From positions 744,001-808,000 of the forward strand of contig JBLDXI010000012.1 of assembly GCA_047495785.1 (NCBI GenBank): a stretch of DNA of 64,000 nucleotides. The letters are read 5' to 3'. A model generated the notes under the pieces. It did no database searches, was not told the DNA's origin, and saw only the letters and a program-made list of their open reading frames with translations. The stretch comes from Lepidodermella squamata. Lineage: Eukaryota > Animalia > Gastrotricha. Position 1 is the first letter of the stretch, and every line of letters starts with the position of its first letter. The position numbers were made by a program, and so were the translations under genes. Shown here one piece after another: positions 26,699 through 40,722 of this stretch.

Positions 26699-28126
26699 AT
26701 GGTGAGAATTTCGAATTAATCAGTAACAATTCTTTTATTGCTTAATCGTTTAGGGAGGCAATACATCAAAAGACGGCGGCAGTCACGGTAGTCATATCGA
26801 CGCCCATGGTATAAACGGTCAGGCGGGAGTAAACATTGATGGAGAGAAAGGTTCCAACGCGCAATTATCATCACCATCTAGCTACTGTGGATTGGTGAAT
26901 TTCGGAAATACATGTTACAGCAATTCAGTATTGCAGGTTACCAACGCTAAATTTGATTGAATATTTTTTATATATGTTTACGTCCACTCAGGCTCTGTAT
27001 TTCTGCCGACCGTTCCGCCAGGCAATATTAAATTACAAGGCGCCGCCTCTACCGGCGAAATCGCCGAATCCTGCAGGCGCTTCTCTGCTCGCATGTCTTA
27101 CTGAGCTCTACCAGCAGCTTTCTCACAGAAGGCGTAGGGGGAGTGCCGTTGCTCCTAAAAAGTTCATTCAGCGGTTGAAGAAGGAGAACGAGCAGTTCGA
27201 CAACTTCTTGCAACACGATGCTCATGAATTTTTCATATATCTGCTAAATCGCATCGTCGATATCCTAAATGGTTAGTAAAAAGTTCATATTTTGTTAGTT
27301 TTTATCGATCGTATCTCTCGCAGAGGAAAAGCGGTTGGCATCTGGCGATACCAGCGTTCAAATAAATCCTGGTCTTTCTAGCGGCAACACTTGGGTACAC
27401 GACTTGTTTCAGGGATATCTTACCAACGAAACGCGGTGTCTAAACTGTGATACGATCTCAGCAAAAGACGAAGCATTTTTGGATCTTAGTGTTGACATCG
27501 AACACAACACAAGTTTGAGCCATTGTCTTGTTCATTCCTTTTCCGGCCTCGAAATGCTCTGCGGTGATCATAAGTACCACTGTGAAGTCTGCCTTTCAAA
27601 ACAAGAAGCTCAAAAATGCATGCGCGTGAAGCGACTCCCTCGAATCCTAGTGTTACATCTCAAAAGATTCAAGGTAATTATTTCCCACTAATTAATCTGT
27701 GCGTCAATTCTGGTTTTTTCATAGTATGTTGAGAACCTCCAGCGCCATGCAAAGCTCAGTTGTAGAGTGCTATTTCCGTTGGAACTCCGCCTTTTCAACA
27801 CTTCAACTGACGCGACAGACGCCGATCGAATGTACGAGCTAGTCTCTGTTGTCGTGCACTGCGGCGTCGGGCCGAATCGCGGTCATTACGTAACAGTCGT
27901 GAGAACCGAACCTGGGCCTTGCTCATCCTGGTTGCTTTTCGATGATGATGTCGTTGAAAAGTTGGACTTGAGTCAGTTTGAAGAGTTCTACGGCCTTGCC
28001 GATAAACAAACATCGACACCCGGCGCACCCCCAAGCGGATTTTCCGATCATGTATCCAACCTGCAGTCGCAGCAACGCAGCTCAGATTCTGGCTACATTT
28101 TGTTTTATGAAGCAATCGAGCATTGA
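26699..28126 (+). CDS. Ubiquitin-specific protease USP12/USP46 family, multi-exon
   Basis: ATG ends an upstream exon at 26699-26701 and splices to GGNTSK. Cys box [16 protein letters not shown]|[43 protein letters not shown], His box [23 protein letters not shown] and GYILFY. Confidence 0.92.
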
Positions 28127-30902
28127 TGCATTAATTCCCCTCCCGCCTCGCGGAAATTGAACAGCCGCTTTAACCGGCTTGAAGTTATATTATTTATTGC
28201 GTATTTTCTTGATTCAAGGGTAATCGAGCTTCGTATCATCTCTGTTTTACTGACTCTGTGCTATGATACCGCAAAGATGATGATTGTTTTCTGGTCTTGT
28301 GAAATTGCAAATTTTGAGTGAGCAAAGCTTCATTCTTGTTCTCTGTGTTTTCTTTACTATTTTTTATTGCGAGGAACTGCGCCTTAAATATTTGAAAAGA
28401 GGTGAAATCGCATTGTACCAAAAATGGCTAATAACCTTAAGGCGAATCAAAGAAAATGAATAAACACGCATGATGTCAGAGTATTGCTAAATTGCGTTTG
28501 TTGTATTACACTTACATTAATTACGAGTTATATAGGTTAGCAGTGCCACCAACGCAACTGCAAATTTCAGGCGGTGAAGTGCCATTAGGTGTAGTAGAGC
28601 CTGCAATCTGCGGAAAACACGATGAAATCGTTACTTCAACATTATTTTCAGCAAACAAAAACACCCAACATCGGTACGAATACACGGGCTGAAAATTAGG
28701 TAGAGCCTTTGTTTACAGACATTGTGAACAGTCCGCGGAACTGGTCATGCGCAGTTACTGCAGGTAGTGTGTGGGGCTAAAAAAACAACACCTATTCCGA
28801 ATAGGACCATAGTCTTTTCGCGGTTCTTTCATGCTATGTATATATGCATTTTGGCAAAATATTATTACACCCATCTATAAAAATGTATATATTGCCTGTA
28901 ATTTGGCGAGTAACGTTTCAGTGTCGAGTGGGTGTCGAGTCGGTACAGCGTACAGCGACCGCCCTGAAGGGTCCATATTATAAGGATGAGAAGCGGGCGG
29001 AATAAAATACCGCTGCAGTGTCACAATGTCGTGCAATTAGTATAAACAGTGTCATTATACAGCCATCCTTGTCAATGATAACATACTCATTCGCTTCAAC
29101 TCGTGATTTTATAGCTGTTTTACATATTAGGCAAAATGTATTAGAGGACAACCACCGGCAATGGACGCCGGCAAATCGCACCTGTGCACCGAAGGGAAGG
29201 GAAGGCATGTGCCTAGTATAATTCAGGCAGCATACCAAGTCGCGTGCATATTTTTAGCTCGATGGCGTTACAAGTCAAGTGAAACCTTCCCGTCGCGTGC
29301 CTCATCTCACCATCTGCGCCTTTTTTGCCCAAAACTAAAAGAAACACGTGTTTGCGCTTGTATTGCCGCTTATGCGAAGACCCGGATGCGTTTTGACACC
29401 GTGTCTTTTCAAGAGATGATGTGGTAACTCTTTCAGTATGCACTTTTATCAGACGCTCAAAAATGCCGCATCTAAAAAAGTTGCCCTATTATTACTTTTA
29501 TTTTTGTTTTTGTTTGCTGCGGCGGCGCCAAAAAGTTTGCGGCTCTGTGTTTGCTACGACTCCACTTGCGATGTTACTTTTTACCCTAACAATAATGCGT
29601 TTTACATCAACTTTGTAGAAACTGTGATACGAGTTGACATCATATGAGAAGCTTACAGATAATTATACATCTTTTTATGTATAGCGAAATCGTTTATCAC
29701 TCCATGACAACTTCATTTCTTCTTTTATTTTTCATAATAATATTATTATTTTGTAAAAATGTTCCTTGCTAATATACTGTTAGTTCAGGCGTCAGTCGTT
29801 AAGCAAACTTGCAAAATGCGGAAAATCAAGCTTAGCGGAAAAATGTTGCATAATTATATAACATTTACACTGTTTCACGCGCTAGGACTAACTGCTAATA
29901 TAACAGCTTCCGTATAATATAAAATTATTCGTTAACATTCAGATGCTAAGCATCACGGCCTAATGCCGCGAACATTCTTAAATCTGTCATTTTCTTATTG
30001 AGCTTGCGCTTATAAACTTGAGGCCATCATGATGAGCCAAAAACATCGGGGCTATTAATAGCCTGTCTTTTATTAGGAGCCACCGTTGAAACTTTTATTT
30101 AAAACAATTAATATCTAGCACACTTGCACCGCAGTGGAAGATGGCCTCGTTGAACATGTTTATCATCATTTACAATCTTCCAAGTGTTGGTTTCTGTTGA
30201 TGGCGTTAGCGTTTCCTTTATTTATTTCATGCCTATATTTCACCACGTAATTTTCATCCGTAGCTTACGCAATTTATTACCTGATAATAACGGCATAATT
30301 TCGTTATTATAATGACCCAATGCGGTTGTTTTATTATTTATAAATTTACTGCCTGCCCATTCTGCGTCTCTGCTGTTTCTGTCACCGCCATATCTCACGC
30401 GCTCCAAGTCTGTAAAAAAGATGTTGGCGGTTCCGTAATAATTTTTACCACTTATTATATCGCAGTTTTACGTTTTCACCTCTGCGGATTAGCGCTCACA
30501 ACACACGGGCGCAGAAAACAAACACAAAAGTTTCATGGAGCGCGTGTGACCAGAAAACATTACCTACCTGCCTAAAAGCATCGTGTTTATTTGCTATAGA
30601 AGCGCACTTTTACCGCCAAAAACTGCCCTGTCTCTCATCAATTTTTACATAACTATGAAATATTGTGACAACAAATGCTCCCAGGGCCATTCTATTTTCC
30701 TCGAAATGTAGAATATTCCTCGTCTACTCGGAAATCACACCGATTTGTCGTGCCTAATGCACCGGAGCTTATGTTTTGATAAATTTCCGTTCTAATGCCA
30801 TGTGCCTAATTTTGTAGGTAGATTTCCCGTGCATATTTCCACGCGTCTGGCTGGCCGCAATAACATGCGAAAAAATGTTGTTATTTTTACCTCAACGTTA
30901 AT

Positions 30903-31913
30903 ATGGATTTGATTTACGGATCTTTTCACAACTTGAAGAACAAGTTATCGCGATCGTCTGGCAATCTTCAGAATTCGAACAAGCGTGCTGCTGGCAAGAT
31001 CAAAACAGCAAAAGATGATCAGCGGCAGTTATTGCTCAGCCCAAAGGCCGACTCTGTAAAATCACGATCTCGTATTCAACAGTTCAACCAAGCAATCAAA
31101 CAAATTTCTGGGAATAGATCGCTTAGCGCTTCTGCAATCGCTTCACCGTTTAACTCAAGAAGGAAAAACAAAGTGACAAATGACAGCGGAATTAATAGTA
31201 GTAACGATGGAGACGCGGTTGTCGGAGCACCTCTAGCGATATTTGGCCAGGAATGTGCTGATATTGTTAAATTTAATTCATCGGAAGATTTGACCCAGTC
31301 GCAAAGCCGTACCCTTGACGACGAGGTTTTGACACTTGCGGCTCAGGCTCGAGTGCGCGCTCGTTTTTTACCGGCTTGGCGTCGCGGCAGTCTACCCGGC
31401 GCCGCTTGCAGTGACAGCGAGGAGAGCAGCCACGCGGATGAGCCGAACAGTGCCGGCCACTTTGGCGCACGGCTGAGCTCGACGAGATCAACGCCTGCTC
31501 TACTTCAGTCTGATGACGAAGATTGTGACAGCAAACAACACATCAATGCGTCGTCTCCATCTTTATGTTCTGACTCTTGCCCTATTCAAAATCCTCAAAA
31601 GTTGCCGCAGCAGAATGATGAAGCAAAGCCACAAGAGCACGATATTTACCGCCACTGCCAGACTTTTACCTCAAAATGGGAGAGAGATCCGATATCTATG
31701 GAACTGCGATCATGCTCGAATACGGTTGAAGAAAGTGTTGAACGGGGCCCGAAGACGATTAAAATTGAAGAGTGCGAAAACTTTGATGAGTTCTTCGTAT
31801 CGCGTGCTACTGTCATTTTTTCGCCATCAATGGCTGATGATGCTGGCTCAAAAAAGGTGCAGATATTGAGCGGATTTTCACAACGTATTCGGCGTCCCAA
31901 GCAGAAAGTCGAG
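30903..31913 (+). CDS. Long disordered first coding exon of an unidentified gene (continues by splicing)
   Basis: 337-codon ATG-initiated ORF ending at the phase-0 donor GAG|GTTAGT. Contains an RRGSLP PKA-type site. No recognisable domain. Confidence 0.55.
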
Positions 31914-32509
31914 GTTAGTTTTACCTTTTTGTGAATTCACGTGAAGAAACTAAAAATCCGTTCGGGTGGGAAAATGAATAATTAACGTTTTTAATATGCT
32001 TTAATTTTAGTAAGAAGTTGAATTTCAGCTCTTCTTACTGCTTCAATCAAAATTCAGCTTTCAGCTTTCTGCTGGGCTTTTTTCGCAAATGAGCGCGCAT
32101 GCCGATAGCGAGAGAGTGGCAAAAACGTGTGTTTTATCTGAAATGGGCTAATTCCCATCGGGGAAGTGGGTGGTTTACCTGGGACTGAACTTTATCTAAA
32201 TTGATAATGCAGGTATTCATAAACATCGGCAAACATAGCATGGAACATGATACGATTTAGCGAGCAAAAGCATTTTATCTCCATAACTACCTGCATCCAC
32301 TGAATAGTGCTTAGCGCAACAGTGTCGCAAAACATGTTTTACTGCCCGGGACTTGCAATGCATGGTTTATAAAACACCAATAAAAATAACAAAACACACA
32401 ATTGAATTGCCGTTTTTGTTATCGCGTGTATTTTAGCGAGGGCCCTAAAATTTGCATAATTTCATTATTGTCGGTCATCGTTTTTCGGCCTTGCTGGAAA
32501 CAAAAAAAA

Positions 32510-35297
32510 TACAAATGCTGTGCTTTGTTTGTCTCCCACATGTCGCATCTTGTAACCGACGACAGCAGCAGCAGAGTCAACAACACGAACCGGGCAATCT
32601 TGGCAGCAACAGCCGCCACTCGACCGGGTCATCATTATCGTCATCGCCAAGCAATTACCATCGTCACCATCACGGCTGTGTTGGTGACAGTTGCAAAGCA
32701 TCGCTGGTGGTGTTAGCCGCCGCCACGCCCCATCATCAGTCGCGTGGTGCTGGCGATTCGGTGACAGGCATCAACAGCCGATCGGCAAATAACAGCAGTA
32801 CGAACAATAATAACGGCCCCTGGAAGTCGATTTCGATGCACAATTTGGCTAATCGAGCGCGCATGAAACAATCGAGTAAACAACGTGGAGAGCCGGGCGC
32901 CGCCGATGAATTACCAAATGAGGGTGTTGATGTTAGCAGCATTCAAACATCGAAGCTAACGGCGGCAGCAAGTAGCAGGGATAACAAACCGAGCGAAGTG
33001 GCGCTTAATAAAATAAACGGCCCGTCGACTCATTTCGACGCCAATCTGCTGCTACATCAACAACAGCAGCAACTCCAACCGAGGCGATCTTCTTGGTCTT
33101 CGCTGGTCGATGACGTCGATGGATGCATATCGCCAAAGTTACCGGTTGTGAATAACGGTAAGTATTGTAACCGTTTGTTTTTTCTTCCTCGTGAGAGTAT
33201 TTTTTCAAGGTAACAAAAATTTGCCATCATTAAGTAAGAATAGTCTATAGTGAAACCACTCTTGTATTGCCTTCTTATTGCGGCTCATTAGCCAAAAATT
33301 CCTTTTAAGCTTGAGACATCTCAACTTATTCCTGTATGCTGGCAAACAAGCGTAGTTGACTGTTACAGCGAAAACAGCTTAGTTGTTGTGTTTCATTCAC
33401 AAATAGCCTAATTAGGAAAATGAAACGGGATGCAGAGAAAACCGCTTTGTGAAGGTTTTTCAATTTCTTACCACAATTGTTTACCTATTCTCATGTTTCG
33501 CCTGGGGAACAAAAATCTCCCAATCTCTTCAGCCATCAAATATCCTTTTGTCTTTTTTAGGATGGATTGATTAATGAAAAATCGATCATTTCAGTTTAGA
33601 TTGTTCAATTTAGGCTATTATTGGCCATAACGAACGATGACATAGGACCGATAGTCTTATTATTATGTAGCTTTTGATTTTTTAAAAGCTGAGCTATCGA
33701 TTATAAGCTGAAGATTTCTCAAGGGGAACAGCAGGCTGATTGCATCTCATGATTTTCACTTACAAGTATATCTTATTTAGTGCTGAATTAAGCAAAAACC
33801 TTGAATGCTATCCATCTTTAATTTTAGAAGCAACTGAAGAATGCTCGGTAGGAAACCTATGAGAAAATTTCTATTGCATCAAAGAATTAAGGCTGGCGTC
33901 TCATTTTTCCAATCACCAATTTACTAATTTATGCTGTTATTGGTGGATCTGATGTACTTATAATTGTGAGAAAACGCGGTGCCTCAGGGTTATTTTCCTA
34001 CGTCGCCCGTATAGTATAGGCTAGCGCGCGTGGCTCAAAAACGAAGAAACAAATTGACGGCAACAATAATCGCATTTTGTTGTTATTTTGAGTTGAGGCG
34101 GACGCGCAGGCGCCGTGTATTTTAGCTTCTCCGCGCACATGGGACATGGCATCACTTGCACCGTTGTAGTTGCTGCTTGCTGAAAAACAGGCGGCCGCTG
34201 AAGGCGACGCTACGGGCATCATCGTTCGCCGCAGTTGTAAAATATACTCGCGGTTTTGGGTCTTGGCCACAACAAAAACTCGCGCGCTCTGCCTAAAACA
34301 ATTGAGCAAAATCTTGATGCTGCGCCGAAAAGGCGTCTTGGGCGCTTTTAGGTCTATCATGTCGCGACATTCCGCTCGGCTCGGTCCGCGCGTGAAAAAG
34401 GCGTCGCGAACAAAGCGCGCGCGCCTAGCCATTATTTGTTCGCGACCTTGTACTCATCATGTTTATTTTATGATTGTTAGCAGAAAAGTCTCTTAAAGCT
34501 TATAGGTATTAGGTAGAGCAATCATTTTATACGTATGCCTACTATGTTATTACTGTTGCTGTTATTATTATTATTGTTTGTTTCTTTCGCCGCGCTCATC
34601 ATCATCTTCTACAGAGGGTTGTTAATTTTTCTTTTTGATAGAAGCGTCGCTTGTGCCTACTATCGCTAACAACAACAGTCGAAGCGCTCCAAGTCGGGTT
34701 CTCGCGACAAGCAGCGGCCAAGACAACGTCACGAATAGACCAACGTCATCAATAATAACCGACTCTTTCCTTGTTCATTCGTCAGTGCTAGCGTCAAATC
34801 AAAATAGTAATAGTAAAACCCGGCCACGTGCCGAAGCGCAACCGCCCCCGTGTGCCGACAACAATATCAACAACAACAGACACCCGACAACAATGCCGGC
34901 TAGCAGCTCCGGCACTTCCGCGTCTTCCTCGCCTAACCAATACTATTACGTAACGGGTGCGCGTAAAAATGGCGCCCCGGTCGTCGGACAAAATCACGCC
35001 GGGCAAAATCGATGCACTTGTAACAGTAATAGCAGCAGTAATAACAGCCGATACTTACTACCTTACGCTTCCGTTCCCCTGCCCTTGCCTACAAAGGCAA
35101 ATAGCAGCAATAAACGAGATTCGATAGCTTCGACTGAATCTTCGTCAGCTTCGTCCGAAATTTCGTCCCACTGCGATTTATCGTCCTCCTCGTCGGCATC
35201 ATCCTCGTCTTCATCGTCTTCCTCATCGTCGGGCAATACGGGTTCGTCGATAATGACACCCGATAATAGTGCAGCTCAACAGGCGCAACGCTTTCAG
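32510..35297 (+). CDS. Two S/N/Q-rich exons (~32510-33157 and 34642-35297) of an unidentified gene, likely an alternative N-terminus
   Basis: The phase-1 donor AACG|GTAAGT matches the phase-1 acceptor TTTGATAG|AA, and the second exon ends at phase-0 CAG|GTTGGT. Long open frames with RRSSW and KRDSI motifs. Start position approximate. Confidence 0.5.
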
Positions 35298-38056
35298 GTT
35301 GGTTATATTTTGTTTATATACATACATTCGAACCCGTTTTGGCCCATCGTTTCGAACGTTGCGCGCCACGCGCCGCGTTTGATCGACCGTTGCACGTGTA
35401 TTGCAATATTATTATTATTTCTGTTGTTAATTTTGGATGCGCGCAGTGGATACGGTTATTATAACCGTTATCTACTTACTTTATCGCTAGCCGATCGTTT
35501 GCAATAATCGATTCACGCCACGGATATAACACGCCAAAGTCAACAATGCATATATAACACTTGCTCATGCCAATATTGCGCTTTATTTCGGATTCGATCG
35601 CTGGAAATGCGAACACGCCCGCCGCGTCTCGAGATCATCCATGTTTTTTTGTTGACCGCGATTGTTCAGTTCGAACTCATCGGTTATATGTCGTCAAAAT
35701 ATTGTCTCCGCTTTTCATTATATATCTATCACTCGCCGCTAAGGGACTGGTTATCGCCATTATTATACTGAAGATGCCGGTGTGCCAGTCGAGTGACGCT
35801 CAATTTATGATGATGATTAAGCTGCTGAACCTAAAGCCTTGTTTTCAAGTGCTGGGGATGTTCTATTTCCTCGTGTGTTGTGTATGCCGCTTATCTTCGT
35901 ACACGTGCAATTTTATTATTTGTAGCCCTCTCGAGTTAATAATGACCAACAATAGCCTGGGATAACATGGCGCACGTTTCTACAGGTGGATGACTTCTTT
36001 AGTTGTTTTCGCTAATACCACTTGTGAGTATACCTAATGAAATATCAAAAAAATCGCGGTAAATAAGTCGAAAACACCGATGTTATCGTATTAAACCTCA
36101 CTCTTGCTAATTGATTCGATAGTGATAATGATTATCTATTTTTCAATCTCCATTTTCCCCAAGTTGGATTTCCAAAAGGTTCTATTTTTATTTTATATAA
36201 ATTTATTTAACAGTTTTAATTCCCTTCACTTCCTGATACCGGTGAAATTACACTCACACGCGTTCAAGCACATGAATTATGTATCAGTTCAACGCCCTGC
36301 TTTTATATAGCGTTGAAAAATGAACCCGGCGCGTACACGAGAGAGAGACAGTCACTCGAGCAATCGCTGCTACCTGCGTGTCCGTCGTTTATTTCCACAC
36401 GGCCCCGCGCGCGTTTCATCTGGGGCTCTGAGAAAAGCGAGCGGATAGCACGATTTCGCTGCTATGCAATATTTAAAATGCAGCATAAAATGGCGTCGTG
36501 CGTTAGATGATAATGATGATGATGATGACGATAATAAAAATGCCTCGATAACATAGCTTGCAGTAGTTGAACTATGGTCTATGGCCGCCCTGAACTTGCT
36601 CATCTTCACGTGACACTGGATCCATGGCGGTTTACGTTAACAAAATGGCCACATTATCGCACTGCTATACAGCGGAATTTTATTCGCTGGACAAGATTTT
36701 AATGTAGTGCTCTACAAAAAGAAGCTTCTGCATGTCACTCGTTCGCACCGCATACTTAATAGGCAAGTGACCTTGTGAACGCAACCCGCAGGGAACCTTT
36801 CGCGCTGTTCCGCGGCGTATTAGTAGCATCTCTCCCGGGATCGAGGGCACGCTAAATTGTCGCGGATTCTCGCATCTCGCAAGAATATTATAATAATATA
36901 CTTCGCAATGCGGGTATAATTCAATAATTTTTCAACTTCCGTCGAATTTCCTATCGTAACCACGGAAAATCGCATTATATCGACGGCGGCGCCGGGTGTA
37001 ATGAAATTTTTTCATTTCAAGAGCATATTTGGTACAAAATCAGCATTTTGCGCTGGGCGCTCGTATTTACTAACTTTTCACGACAGCAATAAACACAAAG
37101 TGGGCGAAATGGTCTCAACTTTTATGCGCTATCATATTAATTTCGACTTCGGCTCGTGTTGTTGTTGTTTGTTTCGCCTATTGGAATTTTCCTATATGCC
37201 GCTCTTTATCTATGAGAGTTGTAAAAACACCCTGAACTAAACCTTCGTGGTTTGGGCCTTTTATAAAATAATTCGTAAATTTTTTATGCGTCCATCATAA
37301 AATAGCATAGCATAGTGACCACATCATACCTATTGCTATTCTTCGCGAGAACTAATCTACTAATATACACCTGGGTCACTTCAATATTGGCACATTTTTC
37401 CACTCAAAGCCACAGGAAAAACACGGCTCTAAAAAAATGTCTCCCACACGGAAGCGTCCGAGTGTGCAACTCGCTCTTAAAATACGGCATTGTTATTATT
37501 ATTATTCTAAATCAGAAAATATCACCGTCTCGTTTTCGCGTAGCCTAGCCATAGTCCTCGGCATCCGCGCCGTGTGCGAATTGGATGCTGGAAATTCAAG
37601 CACTAAATAGCTGTTTTTTCAGCTATTTTTCCATGATTATTTAATAACGTGACCAACGGACCACACCGCGCGCGCGCATTTAAAACTTATGATGCATCAT
37701 ATCCGAAGAAAATAAAGATCATCATCGTCGTGATGATGATAATGATGATGGAAAATCTTCGCCACCGTGATGCCGAGACATTTTTCGTGCGCACAGCAGA
37801 GTGTTTACGCTCATTTTTTTGGCGATTCAGTGCGAATTTAGAGCCCGTTTCGCAACTGGAAAATACACTGCGACTGGTGCGGCTATTATTTATTTTTTAC
37901 TTGAATAAAAATTCAATTAAGTATTTCCGTCGCATATATAAAAACGCCACTATTACCGCTGATTTCGCTGTATTTTCGACGACAACAAAGCGCTCGTGGC
38001 AGCTATACTTGGCGCGGCGATATTTTTAATGCCGATTTTTGGATAAAAAATCGCGG

Positions 38057-38323
38057 ATGATGACGCTACATCGTCCGCGCCGGTTCTTCTATCGACTTGA
38101 CGATGATGACGCCGGCGATTATTATACAACGAACAGCGGTAGTTGTAGTAGTGGTGCCATTCATAATGAATTTATTTGGCGCCGGCCAAAAACAGCATCG
38201 CCTTGTCCGGCCGAATTTACAATAATCCCAATTGCCAATGCACCGCGGTTGAAAAGCGCCACCGAACGGACTTCACACCATCACTTGCAACTGATATACC
38301 GCCGGCCAGCTACCTCGGATCAG
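38057..38323 (+). CDS. Possible further alternative first exon of the same unidentified gene
   Basis: ATG-initiated frame ending at phase-0 CAG|GTTAAA (weak donor). Confidence 0.25.
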
Positions 38324-39766
38324 GTTAAATTGGACTCATTTCTGGCGATTATTTTTACAACCTAAATTCGCGCGCACCGATTGCATCAATAAGAAAAAAA
38401 CCGAGGTTTTCGCAGCCCCTCACACCTGGATGTAAGCTGAAAGCCGACAAAGAGGGCCCAATCCATATGCAATATAAACATGCCCGCTGAAATGCTGTTT
38501 ATCGGCACGCGAACTGATTTTTTAAACTGATTTCTCCTCTCGCCACCACGCCTTGTTGAGCAGGAAAAAAAGCGACTCGAGATACATTTTGTGCCGGGTC
38601 AGGAATTAACGCGGCTTAAGGGCAATGCATTATTTTATCTAATGCAATATCGTTGGCATCGGTTGAAGTGGCTAAAAAGAGCCCACTCAGACTAATAATA
38701 ACCGCGCGAACAAAACGGCTATATAATATTTTTCAATATCGCAACACGTTTTTTATTGCTAGCTTAATTGCAATTTTCTCCATCGCACATTTCCGCTTGT
38801 GTAAATACTAACAACGTTGCTTTCGAGCGTTATGATTGCTCGAATGAGTGATCATCTACCAGCAGTTTTTTAGCCACCTGTGGCCCGCCCCAGCTGCACT
38901 TAGATCGCAGCTGTTGTAAAAGCGCGCGACCTTTACGTTCGCCAATGTATAATGCGCATATAATACCGGATAGGGGAAGAAGCTCAAATGATGGATATGT
39001 ACATGTTAGAAAAATAACGGAACGATATTTGCTAACATATAAAACGTAAAGTTGAAGCCCAAACATTATTTTCTCTGGCAGATGCGCACCGTTTTTTTTT
39101 TCTCGCTTGTATGCATTGTCGCGCCGATGGAATGAAAATGTTAGGAATTTCGGCTCTTTTTCTCTTGAGATATCTGGCTAATCAAATGTATACATGCGAG
39201 ATGCGTAATTCTTGTATTTTGTTGTTTTATCTGGGCCTTTGACGCTTGTGCTAAAATGCATTTTGTCGAAAACGTGACGTTCTTATATTACCTAGATGCT
39301 ATTATTTGCTGAAACTTTTACCTAACAACCCTCGTGGCGTCTCAATTTGCAAAGTGCGATATATTTTGTGGTCACCGTGATACTGCAATGTAAAAGGATA
39401 ATATGCAAATATTGAGAGCGCTTAATTTATATAGGTTAAGAAACTACTAAAACCGGCACATTTCACTCTCTTTTTGTAGGTGTAAGTAGGCACCTGGCCT
39501 TACTTGTATAAATAAATAGGTAGTAAATAGACGCGCACGCGCGAACTTATCGGGTGTAGTCAGGAGTGCGAGTGTAAATCGCCACTGCACAAATTATGGC
39601 TGAATATTTTCGCACATCTGCGCCTACTCTTCGGCCTCGTCGCGATGATGGCCGCGAACTGAATCTTGGTTTTTTTCTTACCATATCATCTATTACGGCC
39701 CACTTTAGGGGAGTTGTGTGATCTTTTTCGCCGCTTAATAATATTAGTAGTAAGGATGGGAACTTT

Positions 39767-39950
39767 GGATCAGTAATGGCAGTACGGCGATTTTTACTAT
39801 AGCCGTTTGGTATAAATATACGCAATTTGGGATCAGTAATGGCAGTACGGCGATTTTTACTATAGCCATTTGGCATAAATATACGAGCGTTGTATCAGTA
39901 ATAGCACTACGGTCATTTTTACTATAACCGTTTCACATAAATATATAAGT
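39767..39950 (+). repeat. Subterminal tandem array, three ~63-bp units each containing (T/C)ATAAATA (mirror at ~53577-53760)
   Basis: ggatcagtaatggcagtacggcgatttttactatagcc...ataaatatacg starts at 39767 and 39830, with a diverged third unit at 39892. Confidence 0.85.
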
Positions 39951-40111
39951 GCGTTTTATCCATTGCCCCATAAATGTACGCAATGTTTATGATAAAATAT
40001 ACAGCGGGCATACTTTTTTTCTAAAACTATTATGAGTCATGCTTTTGCATTCTTTCTGGGAATTAATTTGTAATATAAAAAATGCACACATGATAATTTA
40101 TTTTTAATTTT

Positions 40112-40387
40112 TCAATCTTTGTAACAGTAATTACAATTCCAATCACCACAATCTAGGCTGCATGCCTGATCTCTTGCTCGAGTTGCTATCATAAATCGTG
40201 ATGCATCATTGATCAATTGTTCAACCTCCAATTGTGTGTTCAACATTTCGTTTATAGCTGCTGTCATTGCTCGTTGCAGATGGTCAATGCTTAGCAGTGC
40301 TTGATATAAGCGTTCACGACTAAACATAACAGAATTTATTCAAGATTTTTTAAAAAAGAACCAAACTTACATGTCTTCTGCTTCCAT
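40112..40387 (-). CDS. Small spliced Polinton protein, helical with C-terminal 4-Cys cluster (left-arm copy)
   Basis: Mirror of 53139-53414. Confidence 0.55.
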
Positions 40388-40469
40388 CAATTTTCTTAGT
40401 TTCCAAAAAGATACTTGATTAGATACAGTAATCTAAGAACTCAAGCTAGCTCATCTTTTTTCCTGCTTT

Positions 40470-40722
40470 GTCCATTAGCTTATATAAATACACCTTACTT
40501 TCCATTAACCTTTTTTGTAAATAAACATTACTTTCTCCTATCAATCCCCCTTAACTTTAATCTAAAATATAATAAATATTTTTTACTTTGGCCATTAGCA
40601 TTTATAAATACTCCTTTCTTTCCTGATATGTCCATTAACTTGTTTTGTAAATAAACTTTACTTTCTCCTATCAATCCAACTTAACTGTAATCTAAAAAAT
40701 ATAAGAAACATTTTTTTACTCA
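40470..40722. promoter_or_regulatory. Duplicated ~120-130-bp AT-rich unit with TATAAATA boxes between divergent ORFs, candidate bidirectional promoter (mirror ~52804-53056)
   Basis: ccattagc.ttataaatac / ccattaac..ttttgtaaataaac.ttactttctcctatcaatcc..cttaact.taatctaaaa occurs twice. TATAAATA at 40483 and 40603. Confidence 0.55.

Noticed and set aside
39547-39876. 109-aa ORF with duplicated PNGYSKNRRTAITDPK
   Set aside because: Translation of the 63-bp terminal repeats running across the element boundary.
39767-39950. CRISPR-like repeat array
   Set aside because: Units are contiguous tandem repeats without unique spacers, there are no cas genes and the context is eukaryotic.
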